From assembly GCA_965218585.1 (NCBI GenBank), contig CBDCLE010000002.1, positions 96,001-160,000 on the forward strand: 64,000 nt of DNA, in the 5' to 3' direction. The notes beneath the pieces are model-generated. The model saw only the letters and a list, made by a program, of their open reading frames with translations, had not been told where the DNA came from and searched no databases. Source of the stretch: Terriglobia bacterium. Lineage in GTDB: Bacteria > Acidobacteriota > Terriglobia > 20CM-2-55-15. The position numbers were made by a program, and so were the translations under genes. Positions 38,701 to 48,986 of the stretch are shown here, piece by piece (the first letter of the stretch is position 1; each line of letters starts with the position of its first letter).

Positions 38701-38875
38701 TTCGACCCAGCAACCAACTTCCCAGCGCAAGGCCGGCCATGAACGCTCCCAGTACCGTTGCTATAGAAAAGGAAGTGTTGCCGAACACCAGACCGGTCAG
38801 TCGGACCCAGATAACCTCGTAAACCAGACCGGTTGCGCCGGATGCGAAGAAGATGAGGTAGAGAAGGCGTGTCAT
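35705..38875 (-). CDS. Fused MFS-like / spermidine synthase protein with C-terminal TPRs
   Basis: SGATGLVYEVIW TM repeats, NGKVDAS, VIGYGAGIT, VEIEP, DIIISEPSNPW. Confidence 0.92.
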   Translation of the reverse strand: MTRLLYLIFFASGATGLVYEVIWVRLTGLVFGNTSFSIATVLGAFMAGLALGSWLLGRMADRYERPLRMYGLLEVLIGISAVLVPIAFRSMEGIYWNLAPTLSSVAGADLFVRFISSFAIMVVPTFLMGGTLPVLSRFFVKSTSEVESKLGTLYALNTFGAALGTLVAALILIPGFGSQLTTIWVASLNVGLGLLAIRIDIGQEPTPVWGETRTIAPGEHSGSARSRDRLVAVTLMVSGFAALIYEVAWTRALSAMIGSSTYAFAIMLVTFLVGIGLGSTWASRFRPSASIRMLGLLQLGVAVGGLVFLVGYLWAPYLLVSMIRALFYSFPAVLTVQFIVCSSLMILATFFMGATFPISGQLYSNHLQVLGQRIGSIYSINTVGAIFGSVAAGFVLVPVIGTERTILTGMFLNSALALLLLSDAHPRVALTRWAAVGMLIVSTVSMRGEVFWDPGSLDRGVLIYARQFEARPQLRLSEHYADTDVVYFEEGNNANISVRRGANYVGLRTNGKVDASNGDDMTTQLLIGYLPGFHHPAPEKTLVIGYGAGITTGVAAAFPETLRVDCVEIEPAVLGAAPWFDELNRRSYDDPKVNIIEGDARNFLNVTSETYDIIISEPSNPWIAGIGSLFTAEFYELAASALEPDGVFAQWVQLYELSPDDVRMVLGEFQRQFPEVSVWEMGVGDLVLLGSRQPLRFDTDRMERLFTSDETVRRDFSEHLELNDPLGIFATYTLSSDEVEQFAARAVRNTDDRPLLEFNAPRNLFSDTRDMNVRLLNEYKSALMPEGLSASVRERVYVALMEPLLARGEVLDAVQGLGELAEMEESSAISLYIATARLSINSRQFEDAEESLRTAEQLALSSGGPDTYGAEREELWASFYEEMGEANQVIESYRRAAVLAPTRSGYLRRLAERYALSRQWDDAALWMERYIQTRPYAVSFYWELLGEYLVAGGREADAVSAFDRALELEPYSYLARLRLAEVLEGRGEFEVAIDLLEFLSVYALDRDARIYTRLAHLYTETDRGSEARRVLAKGARIFPTDTTIYTQRLALEGYTN

Positions 38876-39074
38876 GGTATTCGCAGTCGATGGTAGCGTC
38901 GTTCAGACACCGAACAGGAGGAGTCGGTAGGATTTTACACAGGTTAAAGGGTTTCAGCCTGTGTAAATTGATGTCAGGCGGTGGCTATCAGCCCTCAGCC
39001 ATCGTGTTAAAAACTGAACGATAGTCCAATCCGATCAAGTTGACAGCTGAAAGTTAACGGCTGATGGACAGATC

Positions 39075-39860
39075 TTAACCGACAGGGGCCGGCTCCATTG
39101 GGAGAGTAATGGCGAAGGTAGTCGAGTGCGGGCCATTCTGGGCCGTGATCGCGCCCTTTAACTCATCCATGACGATACGTTTGGCGATGTAGAGCCCGAG
39201 TCCCGTCCCGAGAACGCCTTTGGTAGTGAAAAACGGCTCGAAGACCCGACCCAGATCGGCGGTTGAGATTCCTTCTCCCGTATCTTCGACGTTGATCTGT
39301 AAACGATCATGGTCGGACGTAACAGAAACCCTCAGTTCCCGTTCGGGACGACCTACCATCGCGTCTGCAGCGTTCTGGAACAGGTTTACGAGAACTTGAA
39401 TCAGGAGATTTCGGTCGGCAGAAATCCGCTCGACGTTGGCTCCAGACTCGAACTCGAAAGAAACAGCCCTCATGTTGAGATACGGGCGTACAAACCGATG
39501 GGCGTCGGCGATCGCATCCGAAACGTCAAACGGACCTTCGTAGGACGGTTCCCTACGATTGAAATCGAGCATCCGAGCCGCCATGCTTCCGATGCGTTCG
39601 GCGGCTTCAACGGCCGCCCGAACATTGTCCAGATTCGGATCGTCGTCCGGCGTCTGTTCCTCGATCAATTGAAGGTGCCCCTGTACAAGCATCAAGGGAT
39701 TGGACACTTCATGGGCAAAGCAGGCGACCATCTCACCGATAAGCGCCAAACGCGAGAACCGTATCAGTTCTGAAGGCACGTTGGAACTTTCCGAAAAGTC
39801 CATGCCTGAGGATGCGGCCGATTCACTCAATGTGGAACTCCAAAGTTGCGGGTCATTCAT
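39075..39860 (-). CDS. Histidine kinase (HisKA + HATPase) lacking a sensor domain
   Basis: AHEVSNPL, QVLVNLFQNA, DTGEG, FEPFFTTK, GTGLGL. Confidence 0.92.
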   Translation of the reverse strand: MNDPQLWSSTLSESAASSGMDFSESSNVPSELIRFSRLALIGEMVACFAHEVSNPLMLVQGHLQLIEEQTPDDDPNLDNVRAAVEAAERIGSMAARMLDFNRREPSYEGPFDVSDAIADAHRFVRPYLNMRAVSFEFESGANVERISADRNLLIQVLVNLFQNAADAMVGRPERELRVSVTSDHDRLQINVEDTGEGISTADLGRVFEPFFTTKGVLGTGLGLYIAKRIVMDELKGAITAQNGPHSTTFAITLPMEPAPVG

Positions 39861-40483
39861 GGTCTGAGTCTTTTCCTGATCCGGTTTAGTACAGCCTCGA
39901 TGCCGGAAACGCTCAGGGAAAAACCCGGGAACTCCGCAAGCTCAGCGGCTGTAAAACCGTCAATGTAGTGGAGCTTGAATATCAGAAGATTGCGCGCCGC
40001 GTGGCGTCGATCCTCATCGTTCCTGAGAACGCGATCAACGTCTATCCAGGATAAAACCGCTCCAATTGTCTTTTCATCGAGATCCGCGCCCACAATGCGG
40101 GAATTCTCGACAACTTCTCTTGCGTGATCGATTGAAATCACTTGTGCCTGCCTTTTTTCTGCCATCTGGTACCGAAAATGGTCGGCGACGACACTCGTGG
40201 CAACACGTGCCAGAAACGCCTTGACTGCGAATTCAGTCTGTCCTCGAAAGGATCGCAGTATCCGGCCATCGTTCTGCACCAGACGCACATACACTTCCTG
40301 TGCCAGATCCAGGACAACCTCGCGAACTTCATCTTACTGTCCTCTAGAAACACGACACGCGCGGAGCAGGTATAAGAAAATCCGGCGTTGGAATCGCTTC
40401 TGAAACTCATCCCAGAGATCGATATCCGTCAGCCTGTGCCCGTATTCGCGCAGCAAGTCTGAAGACGAAACTTCTCCGTCAGA

Positions 40484-41848
40484 GAGGTCATTACAAAAGG
40501 TGTGTAAAAGTCATCAGGCGGCGGCCTTCGATTTCATCACGACTCTGATGCCGTCAGCGAATTGCTGACCATCATAGACCTCTTGTAAGAGTTCGGATCC
40601 TTTTAAGTGTCGCCAAGCCTTCTCAGCGACACGTAGTAGCTTCCAGATCATTGCCGTTGCATTCTCGACACGCTTGAATCGGCGAGCGGCGTTGGTGCGG
40701 AGACGAACCATGTCGAAGGGCGATTCGACGATGTTGGTCGTTCTCAGATGCACCCAGTGTTGTTTCGGGAACTCATAGAAAGTAATCATCCGGTCCCAGT
40801 CCCGCAACAGCGTCTCACCCGCTTTGGGATAGTTCTTCTCATATCGGCGGACGAACTGATCCCGCTTTCGTTCGCAGGCCGCGCGGGAGTTCGCGAAGGC
40901 CATCCCATGAAGCAGCTGTCTGGCCGCGGGCTGCTCGGTCTTCGGCAGATGATCGACCACGTTGATCGACTTGTGGTTCCAGCAGCGTTGTTCCTGGCCC
41001 TGGGGCTGTTGCTCGGCCAGCGCGGACCAGATGCCCAGGTGACCGTCCGCGACAGTCAGCCGTCCCAGCTTCAGGCCCCGTCTCTGGAGATTGCGCAGAA
41101 TGCGGCTCCAGGACTCCTTGTTTTTCCGCTGCCCGCTCTCACAGGCCAACACCACTTTGCGCCCGTCTGACAAGGCTCCGATGATCACCAGCAATGCCGC
41201 TCGCTCTTTCGCGATCCCCGCTTTCACGTACAAGCCGTCTGCCCACTGGTACACGACCTCGAGGCCGGACAGGTCCTGCTGGACCCACTCGTCATACTCC
41301 AACTGCCAGGTCGATTTCAGTCGTTGGATCGATGCTCGCGACAACGGAGCGCCAGCGCCAAGCAGTCCGCGCATGGCCTGCTCGAAGTCCCCTGTGGCCA
41401 GACCGTGGAGGTAGAGATCGGGAAGTAGCTCGCCCAGCTGTTTCGATTTCCGTCGAAAATACGGCAGGATCTGACTCTCGAACCGCTCGGCGGTGTTTCG
41501 AACCCGAGGTCGTCGAACCTCCATCGTACCGTTCATCATTGCGAAGCGTCGCGGCTTCCCGTGACCGTTCCGGTATCCTCGTCGATTCGGACTCCGCTCC
41601 GACTTTTCCCGACCCAGAAATTGAGTGACTTCGTCCTCGAGCAGCTCCTGTAGCCAGACTTGGACCCGGGATCGCGCCCAGTCCTCCAAACCTTCATACG
41701 CGTTCGTTGACGCCACTGATGCCGGTATGTTCTTCTTCTTCATGGGTGGTGTACCTTTCTCCCGGTTGCTGCCGGGATTGCTTAGGGTTTCGGATTCACC
41801 GAAAGCGTACACCGCCTTCTCTTTTTACACACCGATTGGAACGACCTC
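40484..41848 (-). mobile_element. IS256-family insertion sequence, copy 2 (1365 bp)
   Basis: Near-identical to 330-1694; 8-bp target duplication CCGTCAGA at 40476-40483 and 41849-41856. Confidence 0.95.
40514..41743 (-). CDS. IS256 family transposase
   Basis: Differs from copy 1 by a few substitutions. Confidence 0.95.
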   Translation of the reverse strand: MKKKNIPASVASTNAYEGLEDWARSRVQVWLQELLEDEVTQFLGREKSERSPNRRGYRNGHGKPRRFAMMNGTMEVRRPRVRNTAERFESQILPYFRRKSKQLGELLPDLYLHGLATGDFEQAMRGLLGAGAPLSRASIQRLKSTWQLEYDEWVQQDLSGLEVVYQWADGLYVKAGIAKERAALLVIIGALSDGRKVVLACESGQRKNKESWSRILRNLQRRGLKLGRLTVADGHLGIWSALAEQQPQGQEQRCWNHKSINVVDHLPKTEQPAARQLLHGMAFANSRAACERKRDQFVRRYEKNYPKAGETLLRDWDRMITFYEFPKQHWVHLRTTNIVESPFDMVRLRTNAARRFKRVENATAMIWKLLRVAEKAWRHLKGSELLQEVYDGQQFADGIRVVMKSKAAA

Positions 41849-41896
41849 CCGTCAGAAGACTTTCGAGATAACTCAGGGCGCACCGTTAAACTCCAC

Positions 41897-42802
41897 TCAA
41901 TTCAGGTCAGTCAACCTTCGGACTTCGTCTGCCCATTCGGACTCGGAATCCAGTTCCAGATACCTTGCCCGTTGCTCTCGCGCCTCCGCGTCCAAATCGA
42001 GCCGCAGAAACAGGAGCGCCAGGTTATACACGGCAGGTGCAAAATCCGAATCCTCGGCCAAAGCCAACTCAAACTGATTCCTCGCCCGGCTCAGGCTCAC
42101 GGCCAATTCTTCTGCAGAGGCTCCGCCTCTCTCCAGATAGGCAACCCCGAGGTCATTCTGAACGGCCACATCATCATCCAGTTGTTGGGCGGCCTGTTCG
42201 AGGTATCGGATCGCCGTCTCAAAATCGCGGTTGAGAAGATAAAACGTCCCCATCATGTGGTTATCCGCCGCCTGTCGCAACATTTCCGCTTCCAAGGGGT
42301 CCATCGGCAGGCCACTTGAGTTTTCGCCACGAGTGGCGAACAGCGGACGGTAAGGTTGTTGCGACAATCGAGCCTCGAACGGGCGGTCAGAGGACAGCAG
42401 CAAGTCGACGATTTCCACTGGAGTCGGCACCGGCGACCGGTTCACCGTAAAAAACAATCCGGCCGTGATCGCCACCAACATCGATGCCGCAATCGCCAAC
42501 CATTTCCGAGAAAGGGAGGACCGGCGCGCCTCAACAGGCGCCGGCTTTTCTTGCCACTGTTCCATAACTGCCGAAACGACCGATTCCTCCTCCTCTCGGA
42601 CATCTTCGTCCAATATCCGCATGTAGAAGACGAGCCGGTTCCGGCAGTCGTCACAACCTACAAGGTGTTGTTCGGTCGCGTTTCGAACCGGAGAATCGAG
42701 TAACCCTTCCAGGTAACCTGTTAATGTGTCGTCATTTAAGCATTTGTTTTGAACCACTGTTTTGTTCCCCCAAAGCAAACCGGCCGATTCCCCTGTTACC
42801 AT
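41897..42802 (-). CDS. zf-HC2 anti-sigma-like membrane protein with C-terminal TPR
   Basis: HLVGCDDC, one TM helix, QNDLGVAYLE, AVYNLAL. Confidence 0.85.
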   Translation of the reverse strand: MVTGESAGLLWGNKTVVQNKCLNDDTLTGYLEGLLDSPVRNATEQHLVGCDDCRNRLVFYMRILDEDVREEEESVVSAVMEQWQEKPAPVEARRSSLSRKWLAIAASMLVAITAGLFFTVNRSPVPTPVEIVDLLLSSDRPFEARLSQQPYRPLFATRGENSSGLPMDPLEAEMLRQAADNHMMGTFYLLNRDFETAIRYLEQAAQQLDDDVAVQNDLGVAYLERGGASAEELAVSLSRARNQFELALAEDSDFAPAVYNLALLFLRLDLDAEAREQRARYLELDSESEWADEVRRLTDLN

Positions 42803-42985
42803 GTCAATCAGTCCGGTTCGGTACTTATTTCCCCTGCTCTAATAAGACGCAAAACCTGCACGAAACCCCACAAAACTTTTTGAAAAAGTTTTTACGTGCG
42901 GTTTACGTCTCTTAAGTCAAACAGCCAAAAGTCTGTTCGATCGGATCGATCCAAATTTTATTTGATTAAGAAGGAGACAATAAAA

Positions 42986-43775
42986 ATGAAACGACGTGAA
43001 TTCATGTCAGTGGCCGGCGGCGCAGGCTATTTCGATGCTACCCACCTCTTCACTGTTCGCAGCAACCGACCAGACGACACCTTTCTACGTCCGGGGACTT
43101 GCAATGCTGTCTTTCAGCGACCCGCAGTATCTCCATATCGCGCTTCCAAAAGCGCCCCATCACGCTGCGACTCTCGCGGTAACTCCTGTGGGCGGCGGCG
43201 AACCCACTGAAACAAGGATTGAAGGTAACGGAACGCTTGAAGGCATAGTCGCAAGCGGAGTCAAGCCGGACATCCGCATGCCGGAACTGATCCACATTCG
43301 TGAGTTGTACAGGGACGCTGTGGCGAACCTGGATGAAAGTCCCTCGATCATTTCTATTCCCTGGTCGGCTGTGCGCTCGATGTCGACGAACGTAGTGAGT
43401 GAAGACCGGTGGACATTCGTGTTCAAAGAGACCGGAGAAGAAGTAAATTCCTTCCGTCCGCGAAAAATTGCGGAGTCCATCAAGATTGATTTAGTATCGA
43501 ATGCGACTCTGACTATGAATGGCGGGCGGGTTTCTGTACCGCTCGCCGGCGCCGAGGAGGTTTGGACGGACTTTACTCCGACCCGGGCCGACATGGGCGC
43601 TTTCGAGGAACACTTCACGCACTATATGCCGTATGTCGGCACTGACGAAGTGGCTGAGGTCGTTCCGAAGAAGCTGGGACGTCCGAGGCAGTCGGCTAGG
43701 CTTTCGGGATTCGGCAACGCGTTTGCGGCACCGATGTTCCCCTGGGCAGCCTGCTTCCTCGTTCAACTTGACTGA
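42986..43775 (+). pseudogene. Tat-signal secreted hypothetical protein, frameshifted near 43016
   Basis: AAGGAG RBS then MKRREFMSVA; the hydrophobic continuation AAQAISMLPTSSLFA lies in the frame of ORF 42996-43775 (one extra base). Confidence 0.7.
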
Positions 43776-44177
43776 TCGGGAGAAACTAAATGCTTCACAG
43801 GTTCGGAAGAACCTGGATCGTGGCGGCGTTCGCGATGTCGGTCGTGGTCGCCGCCACGGGAATTTCTGCCATCTCAAAATACCGGTCTGCGGAAGCGACT
43901 CTTGACCGTTCTCTTCGTGAAGTATTCCGTCTGTCTCGGCCGACATCAGGCCGCCTCTTCGGAGCGCCGTACGCCCCGCACATCTCCGAACCAACGACTT
44001 CGATTGCACTGAACCGCGCCCAATTGTTGTTTTTGACGCTGCCCGAAAAATCCCCCGCATCCGACACATTCGAGGCTCATGTGGAAATCGCCTCACATCA
44101 ATGGAAAAACGCGGCAGATACTTTGGAAAATCTTGTTTCTCGATCACCTCAGGACCCAGGACTCTTGAACGATCTAG

Positions 44178-44285
44178 GAGTCTGCGCGGCAGAACGATTT
44201 TGGGTCATTGTGACCACAGCATAGTGTGTGTGCGCAGCACTTAGCATCGACATGGAGTACCGAGTTTCTTCTGCCGCGCAGACTC
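44178..44285. mobile_element. 108-bp MITE
   Basis: Perfect 17-bp TIR GAGTCTGCGCGGCAGAA; CTAG duplicated at 44174-44177 and 44286-44289. Confidence 0.9.
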
Positions 44286-44538
44286 CTAGGTGTTGTCTAT
44301 CTGGAGCTCGGGATTCAGGACCCCTCTTACCTGATTCAAGCTTTCGCTCGGTTCGAGACGGCTTTGGAACTTGAACCCACGCTAGTCGAACCCGTCTTCA
44401 ATCTGGCCCTGACCTATCGACTCCTGCACCTCACAACTGATGAGAAAGTCGCGGTTGAAGAGTTTAGCGTGCTGGAACCAGAATCAGATTGGCTTATCGA
44501 GCTCACCCGTGAGGACCGACTTGGGATAGCAGATCTAG

Positions 44539-46275
44539 CCCGCATATTTCACCGATAGGACCAGAAAAGGCCGCCCTGTCTGGCATAAAGCGTTTTGAAA
44601 TAAACGTTTAACAAGCCAAACGGAGACGGCCCTTATGAGAACAGAGTGTAACCAAACGACGTTCGAATTTCACGGACTTCTTCAACGAAAAGTGAAGGCG
44701 CGTTTTGACGGCGGAAAGATCACCTCCGACGCTGGGGTTCTGCTGTTGAGGGAAGTGGAAAAGCGAACGGGTCTGATCGCCGGACTGGCCGAGTGTTTCA
44801 GGGATTACCGGGACGCGAGGTTGATCGAACACACGGTGAGCGAGTTATTGGGGCAGCGCGTCTACGGACTCTGTCTGGGCTACGAGGATCTGAACGATCA
44901 TGACCAACTGCGGACCGATCCGATGCTGGCCGTGGCGGTGGATAAGGCCGATCCACTGGGGGAGAAGCGGCGGCAGGCCCGAGACCGGGGAAAAGCGTTG
45001 GCGGGCAAGTGTACGCTGAACCGGTTGGAACTGACCGGGGAGCAAGTCGATGGGAAGGAGCGGTACAAGAAGATTGCCATGGACCCGGACAAGATCGACC
45101 GCTGGATGGTGGATGCATTTGTGGCGGCTCACGGATCGGCGCCCGAGGAGATTGTTCTGGACCTGGATGCGACCGATGATCCGATCCATGGCCATCAGGA
45201 AGGACGGTTCTTTCACGGCTACTACGGCAACTACTGTTATCTGCCGCTCTACATCTTTTCGGGAGAGCATCTGCTATGCGCCCGGTTGCGGTGCTCCAAT
45301 GTCGACGGTGCGGACGGCGCCGTCGAGGAATTGAACCGCATCATCGGCCAGATCCGGCAGAGCTGGCCGGAGGTGTCGATTATCATCCGGGCCGACTCGG
45401 GCTTTTGCCGGGATGAATTGCTGAGTTGGTGCGAGGCCCACCAGGTCGATTACGTGGTGGGTCTGGCCAAGAACGATCGGCTCAAGCGCGAGATCGCTGA
45501 ATCGATGAGTCAGGCCGAAGCCGAGTTTAACGACACCGGGAAACCGGCGCGGGTGTTTAACGATTTCCGGTATCGCACTCGGAAGAGCTGGACCTGCACC
45601 CGACGCGTCATCGGCAAGGCCGAGTTCCTGGAGAAAGGCGCCAATCCTCGATTCGTTGTGACCTCACTGTCGCCGGAACGCCTGGACGCCCGCGCCCTCT
45701 ATGAAGACTTTTACTGTGCGCGGGGCGACATGGAAAATCGCATCAAGGAACAGCAGTTGGATCTATTCGCCGACCGGACCAGCGCGGCAACCATGCGCGC
45801 CAATCAACTCCGGCTCTATCTGTCCTCGGCCGCCTACATGCTCCTGCACGCGTTACGCCGTCTGGGACTGAAGAATACCGATCTGGCCCGCGCTCAGTGC
45901 TAGACGATCCGCTTGAAGCTCCTCAAGATCGGAGCTCAAGTCCGTCTGACGGTTCGCAACATCTGGATCTCCATGTCGGAAGCCTATCCCTACGCCGAGG
46001 TCTTTGCCCTCGTCCATCGAAACCTGCAGGCGCTTCCTCTGCGCTGCTGAGAACCGACCCGATCCCCTGCGCCAAAATCGACTCGCTCTTTTCGGCTCCG
46101 CCGAGGTTTGTCTCAGTGCGTTTCGTCACCCTCTTCTGAACCCGAAAACGCAGCAACTCCCGCTTGTCGACACCGCCGAGTCACGCCACACATGCCCAAT
46201 TCGAACCCAGATCCTCCCGAATCCGATTCTTACTGCCCAAATCCCCCTGATCGCCGGACTGGTGAAACATGCGGG
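44539..46275 (+). mobile_element. IS1380-family insertion sequence
   Basis: TIR CCCGCATATTTCACC / GGTGAAACATGCGGG (1 mismatch); CTAG duplicated at 44535-44538 and 46276-46279. Confidence 0.93.
44635..46050 (+). pseudogene. IS1380 transposase with premature TAG at 45901-45903
   Basis: FDGGKITSDAG, LDLDATDD, RADSGF, RGDMENRIKE; the frame continues TIRLKLLKIGA.. to TGA at 46050. Confidence 0.9.
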
Positions 46276-46392
46276 CTAGTTCTTCGTCAGTGACTTCGAA
46301 GAACTTCAGAGTTTCGGTTCGCGTGTCTCAAGCTGGTCGATAAGATTCATTTCCTAGATACGCCCCCTGGTACCAGCACTGTGCCCAAACGA

Positions 46393-46920
46393 TCACCTGA
46401 ACGGACGGGGATCCTGGGACCGGATATACGTCACCGGCGGGGAGTGTCGTTTAAATTCCTTCCGGAGTTCAGGACTCACCTTTCGAAAAGCCGAAACTGA
46501 CAGAGCAACACCTGTCGATCTTAAGATCGCCGTCATGTTCACGTCCCGCCCGATCACGTCGTATCGCTTGACGTCCCCTTCGCCAAACGGACCCGCGACG
46601 GCGCTTCCGAAATGGGCCTTTGCCGTAAAACGACACTGCCAGCCACGCTGGTTCATCAGTCTATCGACAGCCTCCTTCAATTCCAGCAGCATTTTAACGC
46701 CCGCGTCGAGGGCGTCTTCCGGGAAAACGGCCAGCGTTGCGTCTCCTATGAATTTTACGACCCGTCCACCGGATGTCCGGACGGCCCTGCCGACAAGCTG
46801 GTAATAGTCGTCTACAACATCAGCCAGTTCGACATCGGTGACCCGCTGGCTCTCGGCTGAAAATCGGGTCAGGTCAATGAAGACGATGAGTAGAGAAGTT
46901 TCGATACGGGATTCAGGCAT
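46393..46920 (-). CDS. Adenylate/guanylate cyclase domain protein
   Basis: VFIDLTRFS, VVKFIGDA, YDVIGRDVN. Confidence 0.85.
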   Translation of the reverse strand: MPESRIETSLLIVFIDLTRFSAESQRVTDVELADVVDDYYQLVGRAVRTSGGRVVKFIGDATLAVFPEDALDAGVKMLLELKEAVDRLMNQRGWQCRFTAKAHFGSAVAGPFGEGDVKRYDVIGRDVNMTAILRSTGVALSVSAFRKVSPELRKEFKRHSPPVTYIRSQDPRPFR

Positions 46921-47111
46921 GCGATACCTCCAGGTTTGGTCGTCTGTCGTCGGCCCATGAGTCCGACAGTGATTGGAGTAACGCAGGTCCGTACGTCCTG
47001 CAGTGACTGGTAGTTTATTAAGTCTGGATTGGCGGGCGCAAGCGATTTTGGTCTGACGAAGGGATGGCCGCCGAGCCGCGAGCGGCCTAACCTCGAGGCG
47101 AAAAGGCCGGC

Positions 47112-47753
47112 TCAGACCGCGAGCTGTCTGATTCGGCGGCGAACCAGGAAGGACTGTAGGAGCCCCACCCATCCGGACGCGAACGTGTAGATGGCTATGC
47201 CGGAAGCCATGCGTAACAGGAAAAGAAGAGTCAGTCCAACGGGAATTACTGGGGTAGCGAAGCGCTGCTGCTCGGACACGTTCGCACCCATCGCTGCAGA
47301 CAACCCTGTTAACGCGGCGCAGATGAAGGCTAACGCCATGTCGGGTTTTGTCAGGTCTTTGATCCATAGAAACTGACCCGCTGTCGTAAGTCCACGCCGA
47401 ACTGCGGCAAAAACCCCAAGGAACAGCGGGAATTGCACAACAAGAGTGGCGAAACGCGTTCCATCGAGTAACCGGATCCCGTGCTTTCGATGCAATCGGG
47501 CCGTTCCCTTCCAGATCCGGCCGGGGTCGTCCTTATACTTCTTCCGGAGCCCGGACAACTGGGGTTCAAGTTTCCTGAGCGCAGCCTGAGTTTCGACAGA
47601 TCGATGAGCCATTCGCAACGTGAGTGGTAACAGGGCAACCCTGAACGTCACCGAGACGAATGCGATGGCCATTCCCATGTTGCCGCCAAATACCACCGAA
47701 AGGCTAAACAGGGCCGCATAGATAAGATCAACAAACTCAGTCCATAGTTCCAT
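47112..47753 (-). CDS. Short YidC/Oxa1-family membrane protein insertase
   Basis: GMAI..RVALLPL, KYKDDP, QFPLFLG, FLWIKDLTKPD. Confidence 0.85.
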   Translation of the reverse strand: MELWTEFVDLIYAALFSLSVVFGGNMGMAIAFVSVTFRVALLPLTLRMAHRSVETQAALRKLEPQLSGLRKKYKDDPGRIWKGTARLHRKHGIRLLDGTRFATLVVQFPLFLGVFAAVRRGLTTAGQFLWIKDLTKPDMALAFICAALTGLSAAMGANVSEQQRFATPVIPVGLTLLFLLRMASGIAIYTFASGWVGLLQSFLVRRRIRQLAV

Positions 47754-47850
47754 TGTTCCTCTCTCGATTCTTCAGAGTGCATCGTTTACGTCGTCTGCCG
47801 AGTCGAGGTCTGACCCCCTTGCCTGCCTGAAGGATCTGCGACCTAATCGC

Positions 47851-48411
47851 CTATTCAGCAAGCGCGTTCCACTCTTCCTTGAGCAAGCCGAAAACGAAAG
47901 TGTCATGAACGCCCGTAGCTGTTCGAGTATACCTCCGGAGCCGCCCTTCCAACCTGAAACCCACGCCGCCGATCACACGAATAGAGGCAGCGTTGAAATG
48001 AAGCGTGTGGGCGGTGATTCGATCCAATCCCAACGTGTCGAAAGCATATGGAATGAACGCACGCACCGCCTCGCGGGCGATCCCGTGGCCACGGTGCGCC
48101 GCACCCAACCAGACTCCGAGTTCGCCGTTGTGGGTCGTACCCGGAACAAGGTCGTCCACACCAACGCTCCCCACGAGCGATCCAGCTGGGTCTCGGATCA
48201 CGAAACAGATCTCTACCTCAGCCCTTTCAAGAAACATCAGTCGGTGCCGAATCCATGACTGAGCGGTCTCTTGAGTATAGGGTTGAGAGAGCGCAGGAAT
48301 CGTCTTCGCGATTTCGCCGTCCCCGAGGTATCTAACGTAGTCGTCTCTATCCTCTTTGCGCACACTCGTGAGGCTATGTCCGCCAGGTAGAGATAGTTGT
48401 GTTTTCGTCAT
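47851..48411 (-). CDS. GNAT N-acetyltransferase (RimJ/RimL-like)
   Basis: ELGVWL, HRGHGIA, NAASIRV, GFRLEG, FGLLKEEW. Confidence 0.9.
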   Translation of the reverse strand: MTKTQLSLPGGHSLTSVRKEDRDDYVRYLGDGEIAKTIPALSQPYTQETAQSWIRHRLMFLERAEVEICFVIRDPAGSLVGSVGVDDLVPGTTHNGELGVWLGAAHRGHGIAREAVRAFIPYAFDTLGLDRITAHTLHFNAASIRVIGGVGFRLEGRLRRYTRTATGVHDTFVFGLLKEEWNALAE

Positions 48412-48480
48412 ACGTCATCCTCTCGGTTATTTATCCAAACAGTTGTGGGAGAACTTTTGATCACCTGACCGCAGCGTCAG

Positions 48481-48663
48481 CTAACCGGAAAACATGATCC
48501 CCTGGTCCCATGCCAACTCGCGGAAGGTCGGTGACACTTCGGCGAGTTCTTCGAAGCTGTTCGCCACAGCCTGAATGCGGCCACCCTGGCCATCGACCCT
48601 GTCAATCAGCACGAACCGGTCGCAGATACGTCGAACCGTGTTCAGCCGATGGGTGACGATCAA
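48481..48663 (-). pseudogene. C-terminal remnant of an ABC ATPase
   Basis: IVTHRLNTVRRICDR H-loop only; no Walker motifs upstream. Confidence 0.6.
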
Positions 48664-48986
48664 TGCTCCGCACTGATGTAAGACTCGTCTCTTCTGCTTC
48701 GCTTCGTAGCAACAACTTCGGCGCGGTTCCCGGAGGCGGCTGACGCTTCAATCGAACCGTTGATGCCTTTTATTTGGGGATTATAAACTCTACTTGACTC
48801 CTTGATCCTGCCTAGTCTAGCGTATTCATCAGCCAAACAGTCTATTCGTGGCCCGTCCTCACCGGGTCGCCCTCCCAATACGATACCCCTTCCGGGGAAA
48901 CAGGCGGGATTCCATCAACACGGATGGACTGTTTGGCGACTGGCCCGGTGGCCCATTCTGGGTTCCGGGAATTCCCGGGAGGCGCC

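Larger units (their letters stand above)
39857..41883 (-). pseudogene. ECF-type sigma factor interrupted by IS256 and a nonsense codon
   Basis: Removing the IS restores GTG(41883)-RPELSRKSSDGEVSSSDLL..WDEFQKRF..RGQ-TAA(40334-40336)-DEVREVVLDLAQEVYVRL..; region-4 HTH at the C-terminus. Confidence 0.85.
43790..46293 (+). pseudogene. TPR protein disrupted by a MITE and IS1380
   Basis: Removing both insertions gives a 651-nt in-frame ORF containing LLNDLGVVYLE..PVFNLAL, paralogous to the TPR in 41897-42802. Confidence 0.8.

Noticed and set aside
45901-45903. Pyrrolysine or programmed readthrough at the IS1380 TAG
   Set aside because: Most simply a CAG-to-TAG mutation; no supporting signals.
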